NCBI GenBank assembly: GCA_050014175.1
Contig: JBEKDV010000001.1
Location: 19,265 to 83,264, forward strand
Direction: 5' to 3'
Source of the DNA: Candidatus Solibacter sp.
GTDB lineage: Bacteria; Acidobacteriota; Terriglobia; Bryobacterales; Bryobacteraceae
Length of the DNA: 64,000 nt
Position 1 is the stretch's first letter. The number at the start of each line of letters is the position of its first letter. Of this stretch, positions 27,625-39,861 are shown piece after piece. The notes under the pieces were generated by a model. The model was not told the DNA's origin, made no database searches, and saw only the letters and a list, made by a program, of their open reading frames with translations. The position numbers and the translations under genes are program-made.

Positions 27625-28890
27625 ATGATTTCCCGTTCGTTTCTTGCGGCTGTGTGCCTGGCTACGTCGTCGTTCGCCGCCCCGCCGCTCACCACTATTC
27701 AGGACGTGCTGTACAAAGCCGACGGCACGCCTTTCAATGGCACATTAACCATCAGTTGGACCAGTTTTGAAGCGATCGACCGTTCGGCGATCGAACAGCA
27801 GACCACAACCGTTACCGTAGTGAACGGCAACCTGCAAGTGCAACTGGTGCCGACTACCACCGCAACGCCGATCACCTATTACACCGTGGTCTATAACAGC
27901 GATGGAATGGTCCAGTTTCAAGAGACCTGGTCCGTGCCTTCCAGCATGCAGCCACTGCGCGTGCGTGACGTGAGGGTCGCAACCACGAATACGGCGGGGG
28001 CGGATACCACCTCGCCCACAGTGGAGGAGTCCGACATCGTGGGCCTGATCAGCGACTTGGGCGCGCGTCCTTTGAAGGGCCCAGCATATGCGGTGGGACG
28101 GGTGGCGTTGGTAGATTCCACCGGCGCCCTGGTGAGCGTGACCGGCGCCTCCACCGACTGCGTCCACGTGGATGGCACGTCGGGACCATGCGGCGGCACG
28201 CAGCCGGGTTTCCTCGATGGCGACACGCCGGCGGGGGTGGTGGATGGCGCTAATACCGCGTTCACGCTGTCCGCCGTACCGAATCCCGCGGCCAGCCTGA
28301 CGGTTTATCGCAACGGCGTGTTGCAGCAGCCGGGACAGGACTTCACCCTGTCCGGCAACCAGATTCAATTCGTAACGGCGTCGGCGCCGCAGCCAGGGGA
28401 CACCCTGGTGGCCAGTTACCGGCTGACGGGGAGCACGGATGACACGCCGCAGCTCTTTCCCAATCCGCAGGTGCTGTGCAGCGGGCTCGGCGCGGCCACC
28501 AATTCGAGCACCCTGGCGAGCGTGGGCACCTGCACCATCCCCGCCAGCCTTCTGGCCGCCGGAGACCGCCTGGAGATCCGCTTCGACCTCGACCATACCG
28601 GTGCGGCGGGCGGCTTCAATTTCGAAGTGCAATGGGGCGCCACCACGGTGCTGTCGCGCAACGCTTCGCCGGTGGACGCGCAGGCCACGGGCCGGGCGGA
28701 CGCCGCACTGACGGCGGCGGGCGCGCAGTTGAGCCACCAATCGTGGGGCACCGCGCTCCCCTTTGCGGCCGGCGTGGGCACAGCCACGGACGCCTACACG
28801 GCCGGCATCACGGTGGTTTTCCAGGCGTCGACGGTGCTGCCGGTGGAGACGGTGACCCTGAGGAATTTCACTGTGGTGCGTTTTCCGTAG
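27625..28890 (+). CDS. Secreted hypothetical protein with tail-fibre-like sequence character
   Basis: GGAGGG RBS and signal peptide MISRSFLAAVCLATSSFA. Thr/Gly/Ala-rich beta-type sequence. No enzymatic motif. Confidence 0.6.
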   Translation: MISRSFLAAVCLATSSFAAPPLTTIQDVLYKADGTPFNGTLTISWTSFEAIDRSAIEQQTTTVTVVNGNLQVQLVPTTTATPITYYTVVYNSDGMVQFQETWSVPSSMQPLRVRDVRVATTNTAGADTTSPTVEESDIVGLISDLGARPLKGPAYAVGRVALVDSTGALVSVTGASTDCVHVDGTSGPCGGTQPGFLDGDTPAGVVDGANTAFTLSAVPNPAASLTVYRNGVLQQPGQDFTLSGNQIQFVTASAPQPGDTLVASYRLTGSTDDTPQLFPNPQVLCSGLGAATNSSTLASVGTCTIPASLLAAGDRLEIRFDLDHTGAAGGFNFEVQWGATTVLSRNASPVDAQATGRADAALTAAGAQLSHQSWGTALPFAAGVGTATDAYTAGITVVFQASTVLPVETVTLRNFTVVRFP

Positions 28891-28940
28891 GGAAGAAACC
28901 GCTCCAAAGAAGGCGGTGAAATAATCGCCAGCAACCGGAA

Positions 28941-28979
28941 TTGGCAGGCGGACCCAGAGGGTACCCCGCCTGCCCCACC
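28941..28979. repeat. REP family C copy (identical 39-mer to 4280-4318)
   Basis: Direct sequence identity; lies between convergent genes. Confidence 0.9.
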
Positions 28980-29026
28980 TTTGCAGGCAAACGACCTGCC
29001 GGTCTTGCAGCCCGATCTGCCGTCGT

Positions 29027-29566
29027 TTACTTGGTCAGCCCCTGTACGTAGATGGCGTTGTACGCGCCCACCCTGGCCGCGGTACCGTTGACCGTGACGA
29101 TGTGTCCCATGTGCTCGGCGGCCGAAGCTTTGGCGTCCACGCCGCCATCGCGCCGCGGATCGTGCTCTTCCGGCATGAGCATGTAGAGCGCGCCGTCCTT
29201 GGTGAGCAGGCCGACGGGCTGGCCGTTGAGGACGCATTTCTGCCCGCAGGCGCGATGCTTTTCGCCATGCTTGCCGAGTTGGATGTAGCAGGAGAAATCC
29301 ACGATTTCGCCCACCCGCGTGACCGCGCTTCCGGGCTGTGGCTTGCTGTCCACGCCGGCGGCGACGGAAGTGGCGGACCACGGCTGATCGGGCTTGACCC
29401 CGAGGGTGGCCGCCGGGGCGTCCCACGTGCCGACTTCCACCTTCATCTCCGGATGCAGAATGCCGCCCACCGCGGGCGCCTTCTTGGGTGCTTCCTTCTT
29501 CTCCTGCGCCAGCATGGCCACCGCCGCCACGGCCGCGATCGCGATCACCAGAATTTTTAGTTTCAT
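29027..29566 (-). CDS. Secreted hypothetical protein
   Basis: 179 aa, signal peptide MKLKILVIAIAAVAAVAMLAQ, with a Cys cluster (FSCYIQLGKHGEKHRACGQKC). Confidence 0.55.
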   Translation of the reverse strand: MKLKILVIAIAAVAAVAMLAQEKKEAPKKAPAVGGILHPEMKVEVGTWDAPAATLGVKPDQPWSATSVAAGVDSKPQPGSAVTRVGEIVDFSCYIQLGKHGEKHRACGQKCVLNGQPVGLLTKDGALYMLMPEEHDPRRDGGVDAKASAAEHMGHIVTVNGTAARVGAYNAIYVQGLTK

Positions 29567-29622
29567 GTTTTCCCTCTGTTCTGCAAGCGTATCACACCCT
29601 CTCGCCCCGAAAAAAACATTCT

Positions 29623-29699
29623 GGCCGCCGATGAACGCCGATGAACACGGCTAAAACAGTTCTTTGCTTATCCGTGTTCATCGGCGTTCATCGGCGGCC
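29623..29699. repeat. REP family A copy, near-perfect 31-bp inverted arms
   Basis: ggccgccgatgaacgccgatgaacacggctaa ... ttatccgtgttcatcggcgttcatcggcggcc. Confidence 0.9.
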
Positions 29700-29709
29700 A
29701 GTACTTCTT

Positions 29710-31302
29710 CTAGCGATGGAACGCATCCCCGGGCCGCCAATCCGGCAGCTTATCCTGATTGGCGATGTCTTTGCCCAGCAGGAAACCGTACTCGGCGGCC
29801 TGCGCTAACGCCGTGAAATCCCAATCGCTCTGAAACTCGTCCGAGGGCTGGTGGTAATGCTTGCTGTTGTACTCCTGGTAGGCCTGCTCCCCGAAACCGG
29901 CGGGCTTGCCCACGAATTCGGTGGCGTGCCCGATGCTGAACGCCGGAATCCCCGCGTGGGCCAGCGAAAAATGGTCCGAGCGGAAGTAGTGCCCGGCTTC
30001 GGGCTGCGCGTCCACCGCGATCCCCAGGTCGAGTCGCTTCGCAATCTGCTGCGCCAGCGGATAGATGTTGGTCCGCTCGGCGCCTGTGATCACCACATTG
30101 GCCGCGCGCCCCCAGGGATAAAGCGCGTCGTAGTTCAGATCCACCGCCGTCTTCGCCAGGGGAACCAGCGGATGCGCCGCGTAGTATTCCGATCCCCTCA
30201 GCCCGCCTTCCTCGGCTGTCACCGAAAGGAACAGCACGCTGCGCCTGGGCTTCTGCGCGAGGGTGCCCCACATGCGCGCCACCTCCAGGAGGATGCCGCA
30301 CCCGGTGGCGTTATCGATCGCGCCGTTATAAATGGCATCGGCCGCCACCGGCGTGCCAATCCCCAAATGATCCCAGTGCGCGCTATAGACGATGTACTCG
30401 TCCTTCAGTTTCGGATCGCTGCCCGGTATCACGGCCGCCACGTTGCGCGTCTCCAGATCGCGGACCTTCGCCGGGAGGTGGCCGCGCACCTGGATTCCCA
30501 GCTCGATCGGCCGGAAGTCCGGCCGATCGCTAGATTGCAGCAGGTCGTCGAGATTCCTGCCCGCCAGCGCCAGGAACTTCTCGCCGGCCGCGCGCGTGAT
30601 CCAGCCCTGCAACGAAAGCGCCTTCGCCCCGGGCTCCAGTTTCACGAACGGGGCTTCGCGCCCCCAGGAGTTGCGCACCACCTCCCACGGGTAGCTGGCC
30701 GTCTCCGTGGTGTGGATGATGATGCAGCCCTTGGCGCCGCGCCGCAGCGCTTCCTCGTACTTGTAGACCCAGCGCCCGTAATAGGTGAGCGCCCGCCCGT
30801 CGAAGAACTTCGGATCGGTCGACGGCGGTTCATTGGTGAACATGATGAGCACCTTGCCGGTCACGTCGAGGCCCTTGTAGTCATCCCATTTGAATTCCGG
30901 CGCCGTGATCCCGTGCCCTACGAACACGGCGTCGCCTTCGAAGCGCGTATCCGGGAGCTGGGTCTGGCTGACGCCGACGAAATCGTCGCCCCAGCGGAAG
31001 TCCAGCGCCTTGCCCCCCGCCGCGGCGCTCAAGGTGGCGCCCGGTTGGGTCTCGATGCCCACCAGGGGAACCTTTTGAAAATATGTGCCGTTTTCGCCCG
31101 CCGGTTTGGCGCCCGCCAGCGCGAGTTGGGTGGCGATATACTCGGCTGCGATATCGCCGCCGCGCGTTCCCGTGCCCCGGCCCTCCAGCAGATCGCTCGA
31201 TAGAAATCGTGTGTGCTCCCGAATGCGTTCCGCGGAAATGCCGGCGTCCTGCGCCAGAACCGGCACAACGGCAATCACCAGTAACCCGATGTATTTGGGC
31301 AT
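29710..31302 (-). CDS. Exported M28-family aminopeptidase with PA domain
   Basis: Signal peptide, NVAAVIPG, YSAHWDHLG, NGAIDNATG and FLSVTAEEGGLRGSEYY zinc-ligand motifs. Confidence 0.85.
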   Translation of the reverse strand: MPKYIGLLVIAVVPVLAQDAGISAERIREHTRFLSSDLLEGRGTGTRGGDIAAEYIATQLALAGAKPAGENGTYFQKVPLVGIETQPGATLSAAAGGKALDFRWGDDFVGVSQTQLPDTRFEGDAVFVGHGITAPEFKWDDYKGLDVTGKVLIMFTNEPPSTDPKFFDGRALTYYGRWVYKYEEALRRGAKGCIIIHTTETASYPWEVVRNSWGREAPFVKLEPGAKALSLQGWITRAAGEKFLALAGRNLDDLLQSSDRPDFRPIELGIQVRGHLPAKVRDLETRNVAAVIPGSDPKLKDEYIVYSAHWDHLGIGTPVAADAIYNGAIDNATGCGILLEVARMWGTLAQKPRRSVLFLSVTAEEGGLRGSEYYAAHPLVPLAKTAVDLNYDALYPWGRAANVVITGAERTNIYPLAQQIAKRLDLGIAVDAQPEAGHYFRSDHFSLAHAGIPAFSIGHATEFVGKPAGFGEQAYQEYNSKHYHQPSDEFQSDWDFTALAQAAEYGFLLGKDIANQDKLPDWRPGDAFHR

Positions 31303-31361
31303 GATTGGTTTGGTATCCTAAAATTAAACCGTATCACAGACATCACCGGGTAAATTCTCCC

Positions 31362-32267
31362 ATGCCGGACCGGACCCTTAGCCATTCGCGCGCCCTGGAA
31401 GCCGAAAGCATTCACATCCTTCGCGAGGTGGCTGCCGAATTCGAGCGGCCGGTGATGCTCTACTCCATCGGCAAGGACTCCTCGGTCATGGTCCGCCTGG
31501 CGCAGAAGGCATTTCACCCCGGCCCCATCCCCTTCCCCCTGCTGCACATCGATACCACCTACAAATTCCAGGAGATGATCGAGTTCCGCGACCGCTTCTG
31601 CGCGGAAATCGGCGTCAAACTGATCGTCCACACCAATCGACAGGCCATCGACGAGGGCGCCAGCCCCTTCCGCCTGGGAACGCAGAAGTGCTGCGGTCTG
31701 CTCAAAACACGCGCCCTGCTCGACGCCCTCGGCGCCGGCAACTTCGACGCGGCATTCGGGGGCGCCCGCCGCGACGAAGAGAAATCGCGCGCCAAGGAGC
31801 GCGTCTACAGCTTCCGCGACGCCTTCGGACAGTGGGACCCCAAGAACCAGCGCCCCGAATTGTGGAGCCTCTACAACAGCCGCCTCGATAAAGGCGAGAG
31901 CATCCGCGTCTTTCCGCTCTCCAACTGGACGGAACTCGACGTCTGGCACTACATCCACCTGGAGAACATCCCCATCGTGCCGCTCTACTTCGCCAAACCG
32001 CGCCCCATGGTAGTGCGCGGAGGCGCCCTGATCCCGTTGGAACATAACATGCCGCTCTTGCCCGGCGAAGCGCCCCAAATGGTGATGTGCCGCATGCGCT
32101 CGCTGGGCTGCACCTATTGCACCGGCGCCATACGCTCCGCGGCCGACACGCTGCCCAAAATCATCGAGGAGATGATCCAGTTCCGGCGCAGCGAACGCGA
32201 GAACCGCGTCATCGACCACGACCAGGAAGGCTCCATGGAAATCAAAAAGCGCGAGGGCTATTTCTAA
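31362..32267 (+). CDS. cysD: Sulfate adenylyltransferase subunit 2
   Basis: [32 protein letters not shown] (PAPS-reductase-fold PP-loop) ... KKREGYF C-terminus. Confidence 0.9.
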   Translation: MPDRTLSHSRALEAESIHILREVAAEFERPVMLYSIGKDSSVMVRLAQKAFHPGPIPFPLLHIDTTYKFQEMIEFRDRFCAEIGVKLIVHTNRQAIDEGASPFRLGTQKCCGLLKTRALLDALGAGNFDAAFGGARRDEEKSRAKERVYSFRDAFGQWDPKNQRPELWSLYNSRLDKGESIRVFPLSNWTELDVWHYIHLENIPIVPLYFAKPRPMVVRGGALIPLEHNMPLLPGEAPQMVMCRMRSLGCTYCTGAIRSAADTLPKIIEEMIQFRRSERENRVIDHDQEGSMEIKKREGYF

Positions 32268-33940
32268 TGCCGGTGGAGCACCTGAGCCCGGACTTGAACC
32301 AGGACGCCACCGTCTGGCTGGAAGCCACCGCCCAGACCGAACTCCTCCGCTTCACCACGGCCGGCAGCGTCGACGATGGCAAGAGCACCCTCATCGGCCG
32401 CCTGCTCTACGATTCCAAGGGCGTCTACGAAGACCAGTTGGCCAGCGTGCGCAAGGCCACCCGCAATCTCTCCACCAACGGCCTCGATCTCTCCCTGCTC
32501 ACCGACGGCCTGCGCGCCGAGCGCGAGCAGGGCATCACCATCGACGTGGCCTACCGCTACTTCTCCACGCCGCGGCGCAAGTTCATCATCGCGGACACGC
32601 CCGGCCACGAGCAGTACACCCGCAACATGGCCACCGGCGCCTCCACCGCCAACCTCGCCATCATCCTGATCGATGCCCGCTATGGCGTGCTGCCGCAATC
32701 GCGGCGGCACGCGTTCCTGGCCACCCTGCTCGGCATCCCCCACCTGGTGGTGGCCATCAACAAGATGGACCTGATGGAATTCCGCGAGGACGTTTTCGCT
32801 CGCATCCAAGACGAGTTCAATAGCTTCGTGGCCCAGATCGAGGCCCGCGACATCACCTATATCCCGATCAGCGCGCTGGACGGCGATAACGTCGTCAACC
32901 GCAGCCCGCGCACGCCGTGGTACGACGGCCCGGCACTGTTGGAGCACCTGGAAACCGTCCCCATCGCCCGCGACATCAACCTCACGGACCTGCGCTTCCC
33001 CGTGCAGTATGTCATCCGCCCCAATCTGGATTTCCGCGGCTTTGCAGGAACGCTCGCCTCGGGCGTGGTCCGCAAGGGCGACGGCGTCACCGTGCTGCCC
33101 TCCGGCCGCACCAGCCGGGTCAAATCCATCGTCACCTGGGAGGGCGAACTCGATGAGGCGTTCGCCCCCATGTCGGTCGCGCTGTGCCTGGAAGATGAGA
33201 TCGACGTCAGCCGCGGCGACATGCTGGCGCTCTCCGGCAACCTGCCGCACACCGCCCGCCGCTTCGACGCCACCGTGGTGTGGATGAACCAGAAGCCGCT
33301 CGAGCTCCACCGGTCTTACCTGATCAAGCACACCACCCAGGTCACCCAGGCCCGCGTGCGCGAAATCCGCTACCGCATCGACGTCAACACTCTGGAGCAC
33401 CAACCGGCTCGCCGGCTGGAGTTGAACGCCATCGGCGTGGTCACCGTGGAAGCCCAGCAGCCCCTTCTGTTCGACCCCTACCGGACGAACCGGTTCACCG
33501 GCAGTTTCATCCTCATCGACCCCATCACCAACGAGACCATGGGCGCCGGCATGATTCTCCAGGCGATAGATGCCAGCGCGGCCACCGGACGGGTGACCGA
33601 TGCCGAGCGCCGGCTGGCGCGCGGCCACGCTCCGCTGGCCATCTGCCTGCCGCTGGACGATGTGGATCTGGCCTGGGATCTGGAGCGGCGTCTGTTCGAC
33701 CAGGGCTGCACAGTCCTTGTAATCCGGGAGCCGGAAAGCCTCCGCCAAGCCGTGCGCACCGCGCTCGCCGCCGGGCTGATCGCCATCGTCGCCCCCGCCG
33801 GCCCGGCGGATTGGGAGCTTTTGCGGCAGGCCGTACCGGCCGGCCAACTGGTGCGCGCCGAAAACGTGTCGCAGGCGATGGAGGCGGTCGCCCGCCTGGG
33901 CCGCCCCCAGGCCCCCCTCACCGGCGGCGAAGGGATTTAG
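32267..33940 (+). CDS. cysN: Sulfate adenylyltransferase subunit 1 (GTPase) with a degenerate APS-kinase-like C-terminal extension
   Basis: [29 protein letters not shown] and NKMD GTPase motifs. TAATG overlap with cysD. The last ~130 aa lack a P-loop. Confidence 0.9.
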   Translation: MPVEHLSPDLNQDATVWLEATAQTELLRFTTAGSVDDGKSTLIGRLLYDSKGVYEDQLASVRKATRNLSTNGLDLSLLTDGLRAEREQGITIDVAYRYFSTPRRKFIIADTPGHEQYTRNMATGASTANLAIILIDARYGVLPQSRRHAFLATLLGIPHLVVAINKMDLMEFREDVFARIQDEFNSFVAQIEARDITYIPISALDGDNVVNRSPRTPWYDGPALLEHLETVPIARDINLTDLRFPVQYVIRPNLDFRGFAGTLASGVVRKGDGVTVLPSGRTSRVKSIVTWEGELDEAFAPMSVALCLEDEIDVSRGDMLALSGNLPHTARRFDATVVWMNQKPLELHRSYLIKHTTQVTQARVREIRYRIDVNTLEHQPARRLELNAIGVVTVEAQQPLLFDPYRTNRFTGSFILIDPITNETMGAGMILQAIDASAATGRVTDAERRLARGHAPLAICLPLDDVDLAWDLERRLFDQGCTVLVIREPESLRQAVRTALAAGLIAIVAPAGPADWELLRQAVPAGQLVRAENVSQAMEAVARLGRPQAPLTGGEGI

Positions 33941-33965
33941 GGCTACCCCGCCTCTTTGCCCTGCC

Positions 33966-36443
<2,478 letters not shown>

Positions 36444-36467
36444 AAGAAGTGATGCCCCCTAATACTT

Positions 36468-37190
36468 TCAAGGATACTCCGTGTGGGCCGCGGGATGCGA
36501 ACCGGGCGGCCCATCCGGTACCAGTCCACCCTTTTCCAGATTCAGTACGCGGTCGCAGCGCCGCGCGAACGCCAAATTGTGGGTGACGAAGACCGAGGTG
36601 AACTGGTGCGACCGGTGCAGGTCTTCGAGCAGTTGAAAAATCATCTCGCTGGTCCGGAAATCCAGGTTGCCGGTAGGTTCATCGGCAAGTAAAACGCTGG
36701 GCTTCCCCACGAGCGCACGGGCCAGCACGACACGCTGTTGTTCCCCGCCCGACAATTCCCCCGCGCGGTGCGATGCCCGCGCGCCAAGGCCCACTTCATG
36801 CAACCTCGCGAGCGATTCGGCGGCGGCCATAGCGTGCGCGCACCCCCGAATCAACAACGGCATCATCACGTTTTCCTGCGCGGTGAATTCAGGCAGCAGG
36901 TAGTGAATCTGCCAGACAAAACCGATCTCCCGATTGCGGAAATCCGACCGTTCGGGCGGCGACAGGGCCGTAATCTCTCTACTTCCGTAGTGTATCGTAC
37001 CCCTTGAAGGACTGTCCAGACCGCCCAAAAGATGCAATAAAGTTGACTTTCCGGCGCCCGATTCGCCCACCAGGGCGAGCATTTCCCCGCGCTCCACATC
37101 CAGGTTGAGGTCTTCAAACACCACCAGGAGGCCAGCGCCCGACCGATAAGTCTTGGTGACCCCGCGCGCGCGGATGTAGGGCTCTGGCAT
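36468..37190 (-). CDS. ABC transporter ATP-binding protein (LolD/MacB-ATPase-like)
   Basis: Walker A GESGAGKST, signature LSGGEQQR and Walker B LLADEPTGNLD. Confidence 0.8.
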   Translation of the reverse strand: MPEPYIRARGVTKTYRSGAGLLVVFEDLNLDVERGEMLALVGESGAGKSTLLHLLGGLDSPSRGTIHYGSREITALSPPERSDFRNREIGFVWQIHYLLPEFTAQENVMMPLLIRGCAHAMAAAESLARLHEVGLGARASHRAGELSGGEQQRVVLARALVGKPSVLLADEPTGNLDFRTSEMIFQLLEDLHRSHQFTSVFVTHNLAFARRCDRVLNLEKGGLVPDGPPGSHPAAHTEYP

Positions 37191-37256
37191 TAAAGCCTAC
37201 GATAACGCACTGCGCCGGTTTCCCACGTGCGGCGCCGCGAATAAAAGCGTCGCGCG

Positions 37257-38330
37257 GTGGGATATGCTGGTTCCATGCCGCGATTCCGCCCGCTCTTCTT
37301 CGGCGCATGCCTGGCCGTGGCCGCGGCGCTGCTCCCCGCGCAAGCCGTCAAATATGGTCCCGCGCCGGGGCAGCGGGCCGCCGATTTTTCCCTGCCGGAC
37401 CAGGATGGCCGGACCCAGACCCTGCGTTCCGTGATGGGTCCCAAGGGCCTGATGCTGGTCTTCTACCGCTCGGCCGACTGGTGACCGTTCTGCAAGACGC
37501 AACTGGTCGAGTTGCAGCAGAATCTGGAGCGCATCCACAAGCGCGGGCTCGGGCTGGCCGCCATCAGCTCCGATTCGGTGGCGGTGCTGAAGAGTTTCGC
37601 CGACCGCAAGAAGATTACGTATGCGCTGCTTTCCGACGCGGATTCGAAGGCGATCCGCGCCTTCGGTATCTTCAACGACAGCATCCAACCGGACGCCATG
37701 TCCTACGGCGTGCCCTACCCCGGCACCTACATCCTCGATACCAATGGGGTCGTGGTTTCGCGGTACTTCGAAGACGATTACCGCGAGCGCTTCTCGGCCT
37801 CCGACATACTGGTGCGCCAGTTCGGCGACGTGGCGGCGGAGGCGGCGGGGACGGTGCAGGGCAAACAGGTCCGCCTGACCACCGCCGCCAGCATGCCGAT
37901 GGCGCATCCGGGCGAGCGCATCCTGTTGAGCCTGGAACTCGAGCTCAAACCGAAGATGCACGTGTATGCTCCGGGTGTGGCGGGCTACATCCCGATCGAG
38001 TGGAAGCTGGCGGATGGTCTTATGGTCAAGGCGCATGAGCTTGTCTACCCAGCCTCGGAAATGCTCCGGCTAAAGGCCATTGGAGAAACGGTGCCGGTGT
38101 ATCGCGGGCGCATCCGGCTGACCCGCGAAATCACTTTCGGCGCCGAGAATGTGGTGCGGCCTCTGCTCTCGCCGTCCGGCGAACTGGTGCTGAAAGGGTC
38201 TTTCCGCTACCAGGCGTGCGACGACCGGGTCTGCTATCCGCCCGAGACGGTCCCGCTGGAATGGCATTTTCCGTTCGAGGGGCTGGTGAGAGAGCGCGCC
38301 CCGGCGGAGCTGCAGAGGAAGGCGCGGTAG
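37257..38330 (+). CDS. Exported selenocysteine-containing redoxin (W-U-P-F-C) fused to a DsbD-N-like domain; UGA-Sec at 37482-37484
   Basis: Two track ORFs (37257-37484 and 37512-38330) share a frame and are separated only by TGA. Readthrough gives FYRSADW-U-PFCKTQL. The C-terminal part has YQACDDRVCYPP. The start may instead be the ATG at 37275. Confidence 0.7.
37490..37517 (+). promoter_or_regulatory. SECIS-like stem-loop downstream of the in-frame UGA
   Basis: CTGCAA-GAC-gcaactg-GTC-gag-TTGCAG. The upper stem begins 11 nt after the UGA, and G-G-U lies near the apex. Confidence 0.5.
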
Positions 38331-38340
38331 GGAGTAAATG

Positions 38341-38390
38341 AAGAATGCCCCCTCGAAAGGGGTCATGGCAGCCTCGAAAGGCTACGCTAC
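38341..38390. repeat. REP family B copy
   Basis: aagaatgccccctcgaaaggggtcatggcagcctcgaaaggctacgctac. It overlaps the rsmA stop codon at 38382-38384. Confidence 0.85.
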
Positions 38391-39131
38391 AGGGGGGAGA
38401 CGCCGGAACATCGCGGCGAACTGCTCCAGGGCGATTTGTTCGGCGCGCAGGCCGGCTTCCGGCCAGGGGTCGATCGCTTCTTTCCCATAGATCCCGGCGA
38501 GATTATTGCGCAGTGTCTTGCGTTTCTGGCCGAAGCAGTGGCCGAGGAATCGCAGGAATGCCTCGCGGCTGCCCACGCCCAGTTCGAGGGTGTGGGGCGT
38601 CAGCAGCACCACGGCGGAATCCACCTGAGGGGGCGGGCGGAAGCTTCCGGGCTTGACCTCGAACAGCAGCCGCGTGCCGGCGAACAGCGCGGTCTGCAAA
38701 GTGAGGTACCCGTACTCGCGGCAGCCGGGCCTCGCGACGAGGCGCTCGGCGACTTCCTTCTGCATTAGGAAAACAATGCGCGGAACGTCCAGGCGGACCG
38801 CTTTCTCCAGGATGGGCGAGGTGATGTAGTACGGCAGGTTGCCGGCGATGGGCGCGCGGCCCCAGCGCGCCAGGTCGGTGGCCAGGATGTCGGCGTGCAC
38901 GATTTCCAGGCGCGGCTCGCCGGCGAATTTCGTCCGCAGGTGTGCCACCAGCCCGGCGTCGATTTCGATGGCCACGACGCGGGCGGCGCGGCGCAGGAGC
39001 TTCTCGGTCAGCGCGCCGCGGCCGGGGCCGATCTCGATCACCAGGTCTTCGCCCGCCGGGCAGGTGGCAACGGCAATGCGCTCCAGAACGCTCGCGTTGC
39101 TGAGGAAATGCTGGCCGAGTTTTGGCGGCAA
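38382..39131 (-). CDS. rsmA: 16S rRNA (adenine1518/1519-N6)-dimethyltransferase
   Basis: LGQHFL N-terminus, EIGPGRGALT SAM motif and GNLPYYITSPIL. Confidence 0.9.
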   Translation of the reverse strand: MPPKLGQHFLSNASVLERIAVATCPAGEDLVIEIGPGRGALTEKLLRRAARVVAIEIDAGLVAHLRTKFAGEPRLEIVHADILATDLARWGRAPIAGNLPYYITSPILEKAVRLDVPRIVFLMQKEVAERLVARPGCREYGYLTLQTALFAGTRLLFEVKPGSFRPPPQVDSAVVLLTPHTLELGVGSREAFLRFLGHCFGQKRKTLRNNLAGIYGKEAIDPWPEAGLRAEQIALEQFAAMFRRLPPVA

Positions 39132-39140
39132 GGTGGGCGG

Positions 39141-39857
39141 CTAGCTCCGCAGCCGGTTGCCGCGGGTGAAGACCACCTGCTTCAGGCCCCACGTGGGCTG
39201 GCCACTGACCGTGGCTGGCACGAATTGCGAGAACATGATCAGGCTCGCCATCTCGTCCGTCAACTCGCCGCCAGAGAGGTAGTAATCCCGCACGTGGCCG
39301 CGCTCGTCAACCAGCAGGGTCAGCGACACCTCATTGCCATATATGACCGCGTCGCCGGGAAGCAGTCGCGCGTGATCGGCGGTGGCGCCGACGATTTTGC
39401 CATCCGGATCGCCCCACTGCACATCGGTGACGGCAACCGCCAGGGGCGGTTCATAGCTGTGGCTGTGCGGGAAACTGAGCGTGGGAACCAACAGGCTGAA
39501 GAGCACGAACGCCGAGAGCACGCCGCCGGTGACGGGCACGGCGAAGGGCCGCATCATGTTGTCGAAGGCCAGGCGGGTGGCCGTCATCCAATGCGCCAGA
39601 CGCGCCGAAAGATTGCGGCGCGCGATGCGGCGCGCGCATTCGTGCGACGCGATGACGCGGAGCTGGGTGGAGAGGGCGGCGGGCACGCGGGGGCGCGCCA
39701 TGTCGCGCAGGCTCGCGCGCATGTACTGCATGGATTCGAATCGCTCGCCGCACTTGCCGCACACGTCCAAGTGCGCCAACACATGCTCCCGCTCACCGGC
39801 CGGCAGGTTACAGTCCAGCAGAAGGGAGATCCGTTTTTGCACGTTTTCACAGCTCAT
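39141..39857 (-). CDS. Anti-sigma factor (zf-HC2 type, membrane-anchored)
   Basis: HVLAHLDVCGKCGERF zinc-finger motif. Starts 4 nt after the ECF sigma gene. One TM (VTGGVLSAFVLFSLLV). Confidence 0.65.
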   Translation of the reverse strand: MSCENVQKRISLLLDCNLPAGEREHVLAHLDVCGKCGERFESMQYMRASLRDMARPRVPAALSTQLRVIASHECARRIARRNLSARLAHWMTATRLAFDNMMRPFAVPVTGGVLSAFVLFSLLVPTLSFPHSHSYEPPLAVAVTDVQWGDPDGKIVGATADHARLLPGDAVIYGNEVSLTLLVDERGHVRDYYLSGGELTDEMASLIMFSQFVPATVSGQPTWGLKQVVFTRGNRLRS

Positions 39858-39861
39858 AGCA

